From the NCBI GenBank assembly GCA_963812745.1, contig CAWEWE010000002.1, forward strand, positions 180,178-244,177: a stretch of DNA of 64,000 nucleotides, written 5' to 3'. The notes beneath the pieces were generated by a model. That model had not been told where the DNA came from, searched no databases, and saw only the letters and a list, made by a program, of their open reading frames with translations. Shown piece by piece: positions 1 through 9,028 of this stretch (its first letter is position 1; each line of letters opens with the position of its first letter). Made by a program: the position numbers and the translations under genes. The stretch comes from an uncultured Chloroflexia bacterium. GTDB taxonomy: Bacteria; Chloroflexota; Limnocylindria; Limnocylindrales; CSP1-4.

Positions 1-1
1 C

Positions 2-1042
2 GCATCGACCACGCTCGGTGCCAGGTCGCCCGACTGGGATCCGCCAGCCTGCGAACATCCGGTCGGCCCGGCCGCAGCGCCGATCGGGGCGTGGTACCGG
101 ATCGACCCGGTGCTCGTCGACGGCGTCTGGAGCGGCCAGCGGCTGACGCTCGGTCGGGCGGGCGGCGGACGGCCGTGGCGAGTGGACCTCGACGCGGAGT
201 CGTTCGCGAGCGGGCCGCTCGGCGGGACCGTCCTCGTCGGCACGGACGATGGCGAAGCGTCGTCCCTCGCGCTGTTGGACATCGGCGCGGGGTGTCGATG
301 GGACCTGGCCACGGAACGGGACGTGATCCGTCACGCGACGCTCAGCCCGGACGGGCGCTCCATCTACGAGCATCGCGTCGACCGGCGCAGCCGGGCGGAC
401 GTCGGCGTGTGGCGGCGGCCGCTGGACGGCGGCGCGCCGGCACGCGTGGTCGGCGCGATCGTGGCGGACCCGCACTTCGGCCCGACCTGGCGGACCGAGC
501 TGTCATGGAGCACCGACGGTCGGACGCTGATCGTCGAGTCCTGCGGTGAGATCGCCTGTCGATTCCGCCTGGTGGGCGAGGACGGGCGGCTTCGGCACAT
601 CGAGCCGGATCCATCGGTCGGCGACGCGGTCGGGCTCACGGACGATCGATTGGTGGCGCACGGGGCGTGCCGCGGTCTGCCGTGTCCGCTGCTCTCGATC
701 GACCTCGGCACTGGCCAGACATCGGTGCTCGAGCGAGCAGCAGGTCGCGCCGTGATCGGACGTGATGCGCAGGGTCGTCCCGCAGTGATCCACGAGGTCG
801 GTGCCGACGGTCACGCCATCAGGGTGGTCGGCACGGACGGCCGCGAGCGCGCGGTCTTCGACGTCGAACCTGGGCTGGGCCTGGTCGCGAACCCGGGCTG
901 GTCCGGTGGCGCAGTGGAGCACGCACCCGACTGGATCGTGCTCGGCCCGGACGGCCGGTTGCCGATCGACGGCAGCGCGCCCGCCATCCTCCGCCATGTC
1001 GGGGACGGACGCACCGTCTCGCTCGAGGAGACGGTCCGATGA
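2..1042 (+). CDS. TolB-like/beta-propeller repeat protein, 5' end outside window
   Basis: Frame of ORF 110..1042 is open back to position 2. Has ATLSPDGR and LSWSTDGR blade motifs plus Cys pairs. Stop overlaps next ATG (ATGA). Confidence 0.55.
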   Translation, partial: ASTTLGARSPDWDPPACEHPVGPAAAPIGAWYRIDPVLVDGVWSGQRLTLGRAGGGRPWRVDLDAESFASGPLGGTVLVGTDDGEASSLALLDIGAGCRWDLATERDVIRHATLSPDGRSIYEHRVDRRSRADVGVWRRPLDGGAPARVVGAIVADPHFGPTWRTELSWSTDGRTLIVESCGEIACRFRLVGEDGRLRHIEPDPSVGDAVGLTDDRLVAHGACRGLPCPLLSIDLGTGQTSVLERAAGRAVIGRDAQGRPAVIHEVGADGHAIRVVGTDGRERAVFDVEPGLGLVANPGWSGGAVEHAPDWIVLGPDGRLPIDGSAPAILRHVGDGRTVSLEETVR

Positions 1043-2082
1043 TCACCACGGAACGACGCCGGTACAGCCGGCTCGCGCTGTTGATCGGCGTCGTGGTCAG
1101 CGCCGCGATCGCCGGGCCGGCAGCGGCCCACGCCCCGGATCCGACGCTGAGCGGCTCGTTGTTCAACCAGGACCAGGCGCTGCGCTTCCGCTGGCGTTCC
1201 GGCTCCGAGCCACCGGCGGCGATGCGGACGGCGATCCGGGCGGCGGCCGACGACAGCAACGCCACGCGAGCATCCCGGGCCGCGACCTTCGTCTACGACT
1301 CGGCGGGCGCCAACCTGATCGGCTACGGCGCCGGGACCTGCGGCGTGAACGGCATCGGCTGCTTCTCGCGCACCGCTCCCACGAGCTTCACGATGTGGCT
1401 GCGCGAACACGGCCGCTCGTTCGACTGGGGTGTCCTGCGCTGGTGCCAGATGCAGACCGAGCCGACGAACGGTTGCTATGACGCCGAGACGATCGCCCTC
1501 GACGAGTTCGGGCACGTCGAGATCCTGAACCACCACGTGAACTTCGCCGACGAGAGCGACTACACCGACGCCGTCGTGCAGACGTTCTCGCGGACGCGGC
1601 CCAAGGCGGGCTGGAACATGCACAGCTACGGCGTCTGCGATACCGCGACGCTCCAGATCAAGTACGACGTGCCGACCTTGTCGTCGCCCTACTCACCGTG
1701 TCTGGACCTCCTGACCATCGTGACGCTGGGCGTCAACGACAGCTCCATCGCGTTCGGTGCCGCGGTCGACTTCGGGTCGCTGCTCAGGGTCGCCACCAAC
1801 ACCGACTACGGCCGCTTGAGCGCAAACCCGATCGGCAAGCGGACGGTCCGGCTCCAGCGTCGAGCCGTCGGCTCGACCACCTGGACGACCTTCTACACGC
1901 TTCCGCCGTCGACGCCCACCGGCACGTATCGGGCGACGCTGCGGCTGTTCGAGACCGCCGACTTCAGGACCGTCTTCTCGGCGCCGACGACCGAGGGCCT
2001 GCGCGGGGACACGAGCGCCACGCTGCGGGTGACCGTGGCGCCGTGCACGGCGAACTGTCCCGATCCACTCACCACGCAGTGA
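1039..2082 (+). CDS. Secreted matrixin/metzincin-like protein with variant metal motif (DEFGH) and C-terminal beta-rich domain
   Basis: Signal peptide (AAIAGPAAA/H). ETIALDEFGHVEILNHH aligns by eye with matrixin HEFGHxLGLxH. Confidence 0.6.
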   Translation: MITTERRRYSRLALLIGVVVSAAIAGPAAAHAPDPTLSGSLFNQDQALRFRWRSGSEPPAAMRTAIRAAADDSNATRASRAATFVYDSAGANLIGYGAGTCGVNGIGCFSRTAPTSFTMWLREHGRSFDWGVLRWCQMQTEPTNGCYDAETIALDEFGHVEILNHHVNFADESDYTDAVVQTFSRTRPKAGWNMHSYGVCDTATLQIKYDVPTLSSPYSPCLDLLTIVTLGVNDSSIAFGAAVDFGSLLRVATNTDYGRLSANPIGKRTVRLQRRAVGSTTWTTFYTLPPSTPTGTYRATLRLFETADFRTVFSAPTTEGLRGDTSATLRVTVAPCTANCPDPLTTQ

Positions 2083-2093
2083 CGGAGGACCCG

Positions 2094-2618
2094 ATGCCAG
2101 CACGTGCCATCGCGATCGTGGTGATGCTCGTCGCGGCGCTCGCCGCCTGCAACGGATCGACCGCGCCGCCGACACCGGCGAACTCGATCACGCCTCCGTC
2201 GCCGTCACCCTCGCCCGTGATCGCGACGGATGCGCCGAGCAATGAACCGTCGGCCGACGGCCCACCGGCGGCTCGGATGGCGGCCGAGGGCGGGGATCCC
2301 GTCACGGGCCAGCTCGGGACATACGTCTGGGGCGACGCCGGGTCGGACAGCCCGTGGTTGCCGGGGGCGCCGATCTCGGTCGGGGCCGGCGAACCCCTCG
2401 CGGTGACCTTCGACCCGGCGATCCCGGTCAACACGTGGCGGGCACGGATAGTGCCGGCCGCGGCTGCCGGCCCGGCCGGCGCGACCTCGCTCGGCCAGGG
2501 CGCGGGCGACCCACAATTCGGGGCGCCGTCGCCCGGCTCATGGACCGTCGAGGTCCACGTGGCGTTCGTCGCAGGGCGTGGCGACGCCAGTTACTTCTGG
2601 CGTCTGGATGTCACCTGA
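2094..2618 (+). CDS. Lipoprotein with Pro/Ser linker
   Basis: SD GGAGG about 6 nt before ATG 2094; hydrophobic stretch and lipobox LAAC. Confidence 0.75.
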   Translation: MPARAIAIVVMLVAALAACNGSTAPPTPANSITPPSPSPSPVIATDAPSNEPSADGPPAARMAAEGGDPVTGQLGTYVWGDAGSDSPWLPGAPISVGAGEPLAVTFDPAIPVNTWRARIVPAAAAGPAGATSLGQGAGDPQFGAPSPGSWTVEVHVAFVAGRGDASYFWRLDVT

Positions 2619-2645
2619 GCGAGCGCCGGCCTTCCGGCGCCATGC

Positions 2646-2924
2646 CTACGTGGAGGCGACCGGCTGGCCCGCCGAGAAGATCGACACCTGCGCGTCTTCG
2701 GGCAGCATCACGCCGAAGACCTTCTGCAGGGTCAGGAGGTGGACGCAGGAACCCCAACTCTCGAAGTAGTGGCAGGTGCAGCGCCACTGACCGGAATCGA
2801 GGGCGACGCGGTGCGTGTCGTTGTCGCCGCGAAACGTGAGCGAGAGGCGATCGATGGTCATTCGATCGAGCTCTCGCGCATAGCGGTTCGCCTTCTCGAC
2901 CTTGCCGATCAGGGAGCTGTGCAT
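2646..2924 (-). CDS. Small stand-alone SWIM zinc-finger-like protein
   Basis: MHSSLIGKVEKANRYA...CTCHYFESWGSCVH (CxC..CxH). SD GGAGG at 2938-2934. Confidence 0.75.
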   Translation of the reverse strand: MHSSLIGKVEKANRYARELDRMTIDRLSLTFRGDNDTHRVALDSGQWRCTCHYFESWGSCVHLLTLQKVFGVMLPEDAQVSIFSAGQPVAST

Positions 2925-3058
2925 CTCGTGCATCCTCCGTCGCCACAAGGGCGCTCTCGAGGCCGCCGTCCGGTCTGCACCTTCGACCGGTGATGGCGGT
3001 CGCGTCCCTGAAGCGTACACCGGGTGGCCCATCCGGTCACCCCCGAATCGTCCCAGGC

Positions 3059-3421
3059 TCAGGGTGCGTTGGTCCCCTCCCGCCCGAAGTCGTCCTCGAG
3101 CCGGATGACGTCGTCGAGCTCGGGCGTCGAGACCTCGATGAGCTCACATCGTTCGACGGCCTCGAACCGATGGATCCGACCGGTCGGGACCCGCATCGCG
3201 TCGCCGGCTGCCAGATCGTGCGCCTGGACGACGCCGTCGTCGTCCTCCAGGTACAGGCGCAACACGCCCGACCGCACGAGGATCGACTCGTCCTTGATCT
3301 CGTGGCGTTGCAGGGACAACCGTTTGCCGGTCTCGATGACCAGCACCTTCCCGACGTAGCGGTCGGTGTGCGCCCAGATGATCTCGTAGCCCCACGGCTT
3401 CTCGACCCGCTGACCAGTCAT
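3059..3421 (-). CDS. Cupin, mannose-6-phosphate isomerase C-terminal-like
   Basis: VEKPWGYE..LSLQRH..KDE..HRF..EVST..DDVIRLEDDFGR; coupled to the PMM stop. Confidence 0.85.
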   Translation of the reverse strand: MTGQRVEKPWGYEIIWAHTDRYVGKVLVIETGKRLSLQRHEIKDESILVRSGVLRLYLEDDDGVVQAHDLAAGDAMRVPTGRIHRFEAVERCELIEVSTPELDDVIRLEDDFGREGTNAP

Positions 3422-4899
3422 GTGCCGCGTACCAGCCGTTCGCCAGCCGCGAGCATCGCCTCGCGGCCATCCGCCGAGGTGGCCTCGGTATAGACGCGGA
3501 CGAGCGGCTCGGTCCCGGATGCGCGGATGAGCAGCCACGAGCCATCGTCGAGGAAGAACTTGAAGCCGTCGCCGGTGTCGAGGGCCACGATCCGCGCGAC
3601 CGGCTCGCCGGCGAGCTCGGCCGGACGCTCGGCCGCCAGGTCGACGAGCAGGTGACGCTTCACGTCGGCGTATTCCGATCGGTCGAAATGGACGTCGATG
3701 CGGCGATAGAACGACGGGCCGGCGAGTTCGTGGAAATGGGCGATCGCCCTCGAGACCGGCCAGCGGCCGGCTGCCTTCTCGCGCAGGAAGAGGTCGAGGA
3801 GCAGGAGATCCGCGTAGATCCCGTCCCGCTCGGGCAGGTGCATCCCGAACCCGAAGCCGCCCAATTCCTCGGCGCCCATCATCGCCCCGGTCTCGATCAT
3901 CTTGGGCCCGATGAACTTGAACCCGACCGGCGTCTCATAGGTAGCGATGCCGTAGCGCTCACCGAGCCGGACGGCCATCGAGGTGTTGTTGACGCTGACC
4001 ACGACCGGGTCGCGCCAGCCCCGATGCTCGGCGAGGTAGTACATCAGCAGGCCGGTCACCTGCAGCTGGTGGATGAACGTCCCTTGCTCGTCCGCGGCCC
4101 CCGCCCGATCCGCATCGCCGTCGAGCAGCAGGGCGAGGTCGTACCCGCCCGCGGCCACTCGCTCGAGCGCCTCGTCCACATTGGGCCGGATCGGCTCGGG
4201 GTTGATCCCGCCGAAGTACGGGTTCCGCTCCTGGTGGATCTCGTCGACCCGGATCCGGCCGCCCTCGAGCAATCGGCTCATCCAGCCGGCGCCCGCTCCA
4301 TAGAGCGGATCGACCAGGACCGTCATGTCGGCCGACCGCAATGCATCGAGATCGACGGTCCGGCGGACGAACTGCTCGTAGCCCTGGTACGGATCGAATC
4401 GCTCGACCAGACCGGCAGCCTCGGCGTCCGCCAGCGGTCGGCGATCGACGGCCTCGCTGCCGTTGACCGCGAGTCGTGCCTCGATGACGCCGAGGATCTC
4501 CGCCCCGGCCGCGGCGCCGGTAGGCGCCTTGACCTTGAACCCGTTGTCGACCCACGGGTTGTGGCTCGCGGTGATCACGATGCCTGCCGCGGCGCCCCGC
4601 TCGACGACCTCATACGAGCTCATCTGGGTCGGGACGGCGTGGGCCGCGAGGGCCACGGGGATATCGTGGGCGAGCAGGACCTCGGCAGCCGCTGCCGCGA
4701 AGTGCTCCGACGCGAAGCGGCGGTCGAACGCGACGACCACGCCCTTCGAGGTCGCTCCCTGTTCGGCGACGTAGTGGGCGACACCGTCGGCACAGCGCCG
4801 GACGTTGTCGAAGGTGAACTCGTCGGCGATCCGTGCTCGCCAGCCGTCAGTCCCGAAGACGATCGAGGTGGGCGCCGACACACCGGCGGTCGTGGACAC
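3418..4899 (-). CDS. Phosphoglucomutase/phosphomannomutase family
   Basis: FGTDGWR, TASHNP, DGDADR and RASGTEP motifs. Confidence 0.93.
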   Translation of the reverse strand: MSTTAGVSAPTSIVFGTDGWRARIADEFTFDNVRRCADGVAHYVAEQGATSKGVVVAFDRRFASEHFAAAAAEVLLAHDIPVALAAHAVPTQMSSYEVVERGAAAGIVITASHNPWVDNGFKVKAPTGAAAGAEILGVIEARLAVNGSEAVDRRPLADAEAAGLVERFDPYQGYEQFVRRTVDLDALRSADMTVLVDPLYGAGAGWMSRLLEGGRIRVDEIHQERNPYFGGINPEPIRPNVDEALERVAAGGYDLALLLDGDADRAGAADEQGTFIHQLQVTGLLMYYLAEHRGWRDPVVVSVNNTSMAVRLGERYGIATYETPVGFKFIGPKMIETGAMMGAEELGGFGFGMHLPERDGIYADLLLLDLFLREKAAGRWPVSRAIAHFHELAGPSFYRRIDVHFDRSEYADVKRHLLVDLAAERPAELAGEPVARIVALDTGDGFKFFLDDGSWLLIRASGTEPLVRVYTEATSADGREAMLAAGERLVRGT

Positions 4900-5967
4900 T
4901 CAGCCTCCAGCCTGCGCGCACCGCTCGATGAGCGCGTTGACGGTGTCGATGTCGGCTGCCGAACCGCGAAGGACGGCGATCGGCTGCGCCGCCGTCATGC
5001 TACCGCGCTCCGGTGGCGCGATGACGCCAAGCCGCCCGTTGACCCGGCGCACGACGAGGTCGTCGCCGTCGACCTGGACGGTCTCGCCGGGCTGGACGAC
5101 GGCTCCCTCGCCGCGGGCACCGATGGCGGCCAGCAAGGCGGTCCACGAGCCGAGGTCCGACCAGCCGACGTCCATGCTCGCCATGACCACCTGCCCGTTG
5201 CGGGCAGCGCCCTCCATGACCGCGTGGTCGATCGAGAGCGCCTGTTGGATCGCCTCGTACGCGCGTTCGAGCAGCTGCGGGGCCGAGGCCATGGGTTCGA
5301 GTGACTGCACGAGTCCGGTGTAGCGCAGGAGCGCGGCGCGGATCGCTCGCCGCCGCCACAGGAACATGCCGGCGTTCCATGCCGCACCGGGCACCCGCTC
5401 GAACAGGTCCTCGGCCCGCGCGGGCTTGGGCTTCTCCTCGAAGGCGCTCAGTGGGAACGCGTCGAGGCCGTCGATCTCCGCCCGATCCGCGAGCCTCGGG
5501 AGCAGGTAGCCGAATTCGGTGGCGGCGCGGGTGACCTGGGTGCCGAGGGTGACCAGCGGATCGTCGATCCCGAACGCACCGGTCGCCAGGTGGTCCGCGG
5601 CCGAGCGCAGGACGTCCTGGTACACGTCCTCGCGTCCCGGGTCGATGTAGGCGTCGGCCGGGATCACGAGCATGACGTCCGCGGCGGGACGATCGATCGC
5701 GGTGGTGGCGAGGGCGATCGCGGCGGCCGTGTTGCGGCCCATCGGTTCGAGCAGCAGCGCCGCGGCGGGCACCTGGTCGCGGACGAGCCGCTCGTAGCGG
5801 CGGTCGGTGACGACCGTGATGTCGTCGGTCAGGGCGCGGAGCCGTCGGTCGGTCGCCTGGATGAGGGTCTCATCGCCGACGAGCGGCAGGAACGGCTTGG
5901 GGCGTTCCGGGCGGCTCAGCGGGTGGAGTCGCGTCCCGCCACCGCCGGCCATGATGACCGCATACAT
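4900..5967 (-). CDS. manC: Mannose-1-phosphate guanylyltransferase
   Basis: VIMAGGGGTRL.PLSR..PK, EPMGRNTAAAI, FEEKP, WNAGMF, GWSDLGSW. Confidence 0.88.
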   Translation of the reverse strand: MYAVIMAGGGGTRLHPLSRPERPKPFLPLVGDETLIQATDRRLRALTDDITVVTDRRYERLVRDQVPAAALLLEPMGRNTAAAIALATTAIDRPAADVMLVIPADAYIDPGREDVYQDVLRSAADHLATGAFGIDDPLVTLGTQVTRAATEFGYLLPRLADRAEIDGLDAFPLSAFEEKPKPARAEDLFERVPGAAWNAGMFLWRRRAIRAALLRYTGLVQSLEPMASAPQLLERAYEAIQQALSIDHAVMEGAARNGQVVMASMDVGWSDLGSWTALLAAIGARGEGAVVQPGETVQVDGDDLVVRRVNGRLGVIAPPERGSMTAAQPIAVLRGSAADIDTVNALIERCAQAGG

Positions 5968-6038
5968 GCCGGGAATCGTAGCGCCGCCCGGTCGGTCCGT
6001 TAGGAGCGACGCGTCGGGTCCGTCGGGGACCTAGACGG

Positions 6039-6941
6039 TCACTGGGCGATGACCACCCATTTGCCCTCCCAGGGCACGCTCCGCTGCCACTCGTGGTAGC
6101 GCGTGAAGTACTCGCGGAACTGGGCGACGGTGAGGTACTTGTAGGGCCATTTATCGGCGGTCGTGCCGAGCGGGCCACTGACATACAGGCCCAGCAAGGT
6201 CTTCTTGCTCGGCTCATCCTCATCGAACGTCTGCTTGTAGCCGAGCACGACCCAGGCGTGGGTCCCCGCCCGCACGGTCACGCCAACCGGATGCTTCGTC
6301 CGTCCGATCGAGTAGGCGATGTAGTTGATCGCCGCGCTCTTGTTCGTATAAGCGCGCGCCTGATAGTTCCGACCGCTGAAGTAGCGCATCGACCAGGCCC
6401 AGCCCTGCGGGTCGTTGCCCTTGGTCGCGTAGCGGTAGCGGTTGTGCGCGCGGGTGAGGCGATAGATGTAGGCCTGGCGCGAATAGGTGCGGTTGCTGGT
6501 GCGCAGGATCAGGTTGGCCATCGACTGGACGGTCGCCGGCACACACCAGTAGCTCGTGAACTGGCGGACCATCGCGGTCGACCGGTACAGGTTGATGCTG
6601 GCCAGCGCGTAGTTCGGGGACGATGGCGTCGCGGTCGGGGCCGGCGTCGACGTCGGCGATGGCGTCTCGGTGGGGTCGGGCTCGTCGCCCTGGGGCTGGT
6701 CGGGCGCGGCCGCCGGCGCGGGCATCGGGGCCGGGGTGGGCTCTGGGGTCGGCGCAGGCGTCGGCTCGGGGGTGGGCTCCGGCGTTGGTTCGGGGGTCGG
6801 CTCCACGGTCGCCTCGGGCGCCGGTGACGGCGTCTCGTCGGCGGCGACCGACCAGGGCATCGCGCCGAGGGCCGCGAGGCCGATGATGCCGGCGAGGATC
6901 ACGCGGGGCAGGCGGCCACTCGATGCCGGTCGTCGCTCCAT
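6039..6941 (-). CDS. Secreted C39/papain-like cysteine peptidase domain protein with EPTP linker
   Basis: Signal peptide, (EPTP)n linker, Q..WCVPA (Cys) and HAWVVLGY (His). Confidence 0.6.
   Translation of the reverse strand: MERRPASSGRLPRVILAGIIGLAALGAMPWSVAADETPSPAPEATVEPTPEPTPEPTPEPTPAPTPEPTPAPMPAPAAAPDQPQGDEPDPTETPSPTSTPAPTATPSSPNYALASINLYRSTAMVRQFTSYWCVPATVQSMANLILRTSNRTYSRQAYIYRLTRAHNRYRYATKGNDPQGWAWSMRYFSGRNYQARAYTNKSAAINYIAYSIGRTKHPVGVTVRAGTHAWVVLGYKQTFDEDEPSKKTLLGLYVSGPLGTTADKWPYKYLTVAQFREYFTRYHEWQRSVPWEGKWVVIAQ
6720..6810 (-). repeat. Degenerate 12-bp coding tandem repeat (EPTP)n
   Basis: Translation EPTPEPTPEPTPEPTPAPTPEPTP; boundaries approximate. Confidence 0.7.
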
Positions 6942-7032
6942 GGGGACAGCCTACCCCCGCGAGACCAGCCCCTGCTCCCTCCCCGATGGTCCCAGCCGTT
7001 GCCTACGAACACCGGACCGTTACAGGGGCGTC

Positions 7033-7587
7033 TCAGAAGCTCGGCGGGGTCATGCAGAAGAGCACGGTCGCCGGCGTGGCGCCGTGGTTGACGTTCCAAT
7101 GCGGGATGCGCGACGGGAACGTGATCGCGTCGCCCTCGCGCAGGACGTAGTGCTCGTCGCCGACCCACAGGTCGAGGATGCCGGCCAGCACGACGACGGT
7201 CTCCTCGTCGGACTCGTGCGTGTACGGCTCGGCACCGGTGCCGCCGCCCGCTTCGATCGTGGACATGATCACCTGGAGCCGGCCGGCGACGTTCGAGGTC
7301 AGGAATTCGTCGACCGCCTTCAGCCCCGGATATTCGACCCGCCGCCGCGCTTCCCGACGGACGACGCGCCCGGTGTCGGCGTCCTGCGCGAAGAGCTGGG
7401 CGATCGACAGGTCGAGTGCCCGGGCGATCCGATGGACCGTCGCGATCGATGGGCTGGTCACGTCCCGCTCGACCTGGGAGAGGAAGCTCTCGGTGACGCC
7501 GGCGCGCTCCGCGACGTCCCGCAGGGTCAACCGGCGAGCCTGTCGCAGCGACCGGATTCGCGCTCCGAGTCCCAGCTCCGTGACCAA
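7033..7587 (-). CDS. XRE-family HTH plus cupin transcriptional regulator (PuuR-like)
   Basis: LGARIRSLR..LTLRDVA..SFLSQVER..PS HTH followed by cupin (H..EE..EGDAITF..PH). Probable TTG start after GGAGGG. Confidence 0.88.
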   Translation of the reverse strand: MVTELGLGARIRSLRQARRLTLRDVAERAGVTESFLSQVERDVTSPSIATVHRIARALDLSIAQLFAQDADTGRVVRREARRRVEYPGLKAVDEFLTSNVAGRLQVIMSTIEAGGGTGAEPYTHESDEETVVVLAGILDLWVGDEHYVLREGDAITFPSRIPHWNVNHGATPATVLFCMTPPSF

Positions 7588-7625
7588 CGCCTGGCACCCT
7601 CCGCTGCACGCGCGCGCCTTCGGGT

Positions 7626-7646
7626 TCCTGAAGTATAGGTTCAGGA
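7626..7646. promoter_or_regulatory. Inverted-repeat operator 1 (TCCTGAA-N7-TTCAGGA)
   Basis: Perfect 7-bp arms upstream of the XRE-cupin gene. Confidence 0.65.
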
Positions 7647-7705
7647 TGCTACGACGAGCGCGTAACGCAAGCGTCGTTCCGTGCGAGATTCGCAGGTTCT
7701 GTGCG

Positions 7706-7734
7706 TTGACGAGCAGGGGCTTCGCCCCTAGGAT
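7706..7734 (+). promoter_or_regulatory. Sigma70-type promoter of the polyamine ABC operon
   Basis: TTGACG-N17-TAGGAT. Confidence 0.65.
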
Positions 7735-7742
7735 GCGAAGTC

Positions 7743-7759
7743 CTGTAGCACCGCTACAG
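7743..7759. promoter_or_regulatory. Inverted-repeat operator 2 (CTGTAGC-ACC-GCTACAG)
   Basis: Perfect 7-bp arms just downstream of the -10 box; resembles operator 1. Confidence 0.6.
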
Positions 7760-7772
7760 CGACCCATGCTCG

Positions 7773-8987
7773 ATGCCCGGCACCATCGCGCGAGGACCGC
7801 CGTTGACCGCTTCCCCGACGATCGACGCCCGGCCTGACGGTTCCACCGTACAGCCGCCTGCGCCGCGCGGGGCGGACGCCCCGGACGTGCTGATCCAGCG
7901 TGTCACCAAGCGCTTCGACACAGTGACGGCCGTCGACCACATGGACCTGTCGATCGAACGCGGCGAGTTCTACTCGCTGCTCGGGCCATCCGGCTGCGGC
8001 AAGACGACGACGCTGCGCATGATCGCCGGCTTCGAGCAGCCGACCGAAGGCGAGATCTTCCTGGCCGGTCAGCCGATCGCCGGCGTGCCGCCGTACCAGC
8101 GCAACGTCAACACGGTCTTCCAGCACTACGCGCTCTTCCCGCACATGGACGTGAGCCAGAACGTCGGCTATGGCCTGCGCCAGCGCAAGGTCGACAAGAA
8201 GGAGGAGGAGCGTCGCGTCACGGAGGCCCTCCGTCTCGTGCGCCTGAGCGGGTATGGCAAGCGCCGGACCTGGGAGATGTCGGGAGGCCAGCAGCAGCGA
8301 GTCGCGCTCGCCCGAGCGCTGGTCAACCGACCGACCGTGCTGCTGCTCGACGAGCCGCTCGGCGCCCTCGACCTGAAGCTACGCAAGGAGATGCAGCTCG
8401 AGCTCAAGGCGCTCCAGCGCGAGGTCGGCATCACGTTCGTGTACGTCACCCATGATCAGGAAGAGGCGCTCACGATGAGCGACGTGATCGTGGTGATGCG
8501 CGACGGCGTGGTGCAGCAGAAGGGCGACCCCACGTTGCTCTACGAGCGGCCGGTCAACCGCTTCGTCGCCGATTTCATCGGGACGTCGAACTTCATGGAT
8601 GCGACGGTCGTCGACGGGGATGGCGACGGGCTGGTGAGCGTACGGACGAGCCGCGGCATGACGATGCGTGGCGCGGTCACGGACCCGCTCGTGCGACCGG
8701 CGGCCGGCGACGACGTCGTCGTCGCGACGCGGCCCGAGCGCCTGGAGGTGATCCCTGCGGACGCCGCGGTCGCCGCTGGTCCCGGCATGACCCAGATCAG
8801 CGGCCGCGTCCAGCAGGGGACGTACCTCGGGGACCAGACCGAGTATCGGATCGCGACCGATGAGGCCGGCGAGATCATCGTCCGGCACCAGAATGCTGCG
8901 GGCGCCGGGGGCGCCCCGGGGGTCGGTCCGGGTGACCCCGTGGTCGTCCGGTGGCAGGAGGAGGCGAACCTCATCCTTGCCGGGTGA
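7773..8987 (+). CDS. potA: Spermidine/putrescine ABC transporter ATP-binding subunit
   Basis: GPSGCGKTT, VNTVFQHYALFPHM, MSGGQQQRVA, LLLDEP, C-terminal TOBE-like domain. Start could be TTG 7803. Confidence 0.9.
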   Translation: MPGTIARGPPLTASPTIDARPDGSTVQPPAPRGADAPDVLIQRVTKRFDTVTAVDHMDLSIERGEFYSLLGPSGCGKTTTLRMIAGFEQPTEGEIFLAGQPIAGVPPYQRNVNTVFQHYALFPHMDVSQNVGYGLRQRKVDKKEEERRVTEALRLVRLSGYGKRRTWEMSGGQQQRVALARALVNRPTVLLLDEPLGALDLKLRKEMQLELKALQREVGITFVYVTHDQEEALTMSDVIVVMRDGVVQQKGDPTLLYERPVNRFVADFIGTSNFMDATVVDGDGDGLVSVRTSRGMTMRGAVTDPLVRPAAGDDVVVATRPERLEVIPADAAVAAGPGMTQISGRVQQGTYLGDQTEYRIATDEAGEIIVRHQNAAGAGGAPGVGPGDPVVVRWQEEANLILAG

Positions 8988-9028
8988 GGTCGACAGGTCC
9001 CGGGTCGACCGGGAGGAGGAGATCGAAC

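Noticed and set aside
3860-3877. PMM motif reads GAEELGG rather than EES
   Set aside because: A single-base TCG/TTG difference cannot be separated from sequencing error in an assembly with other errors.
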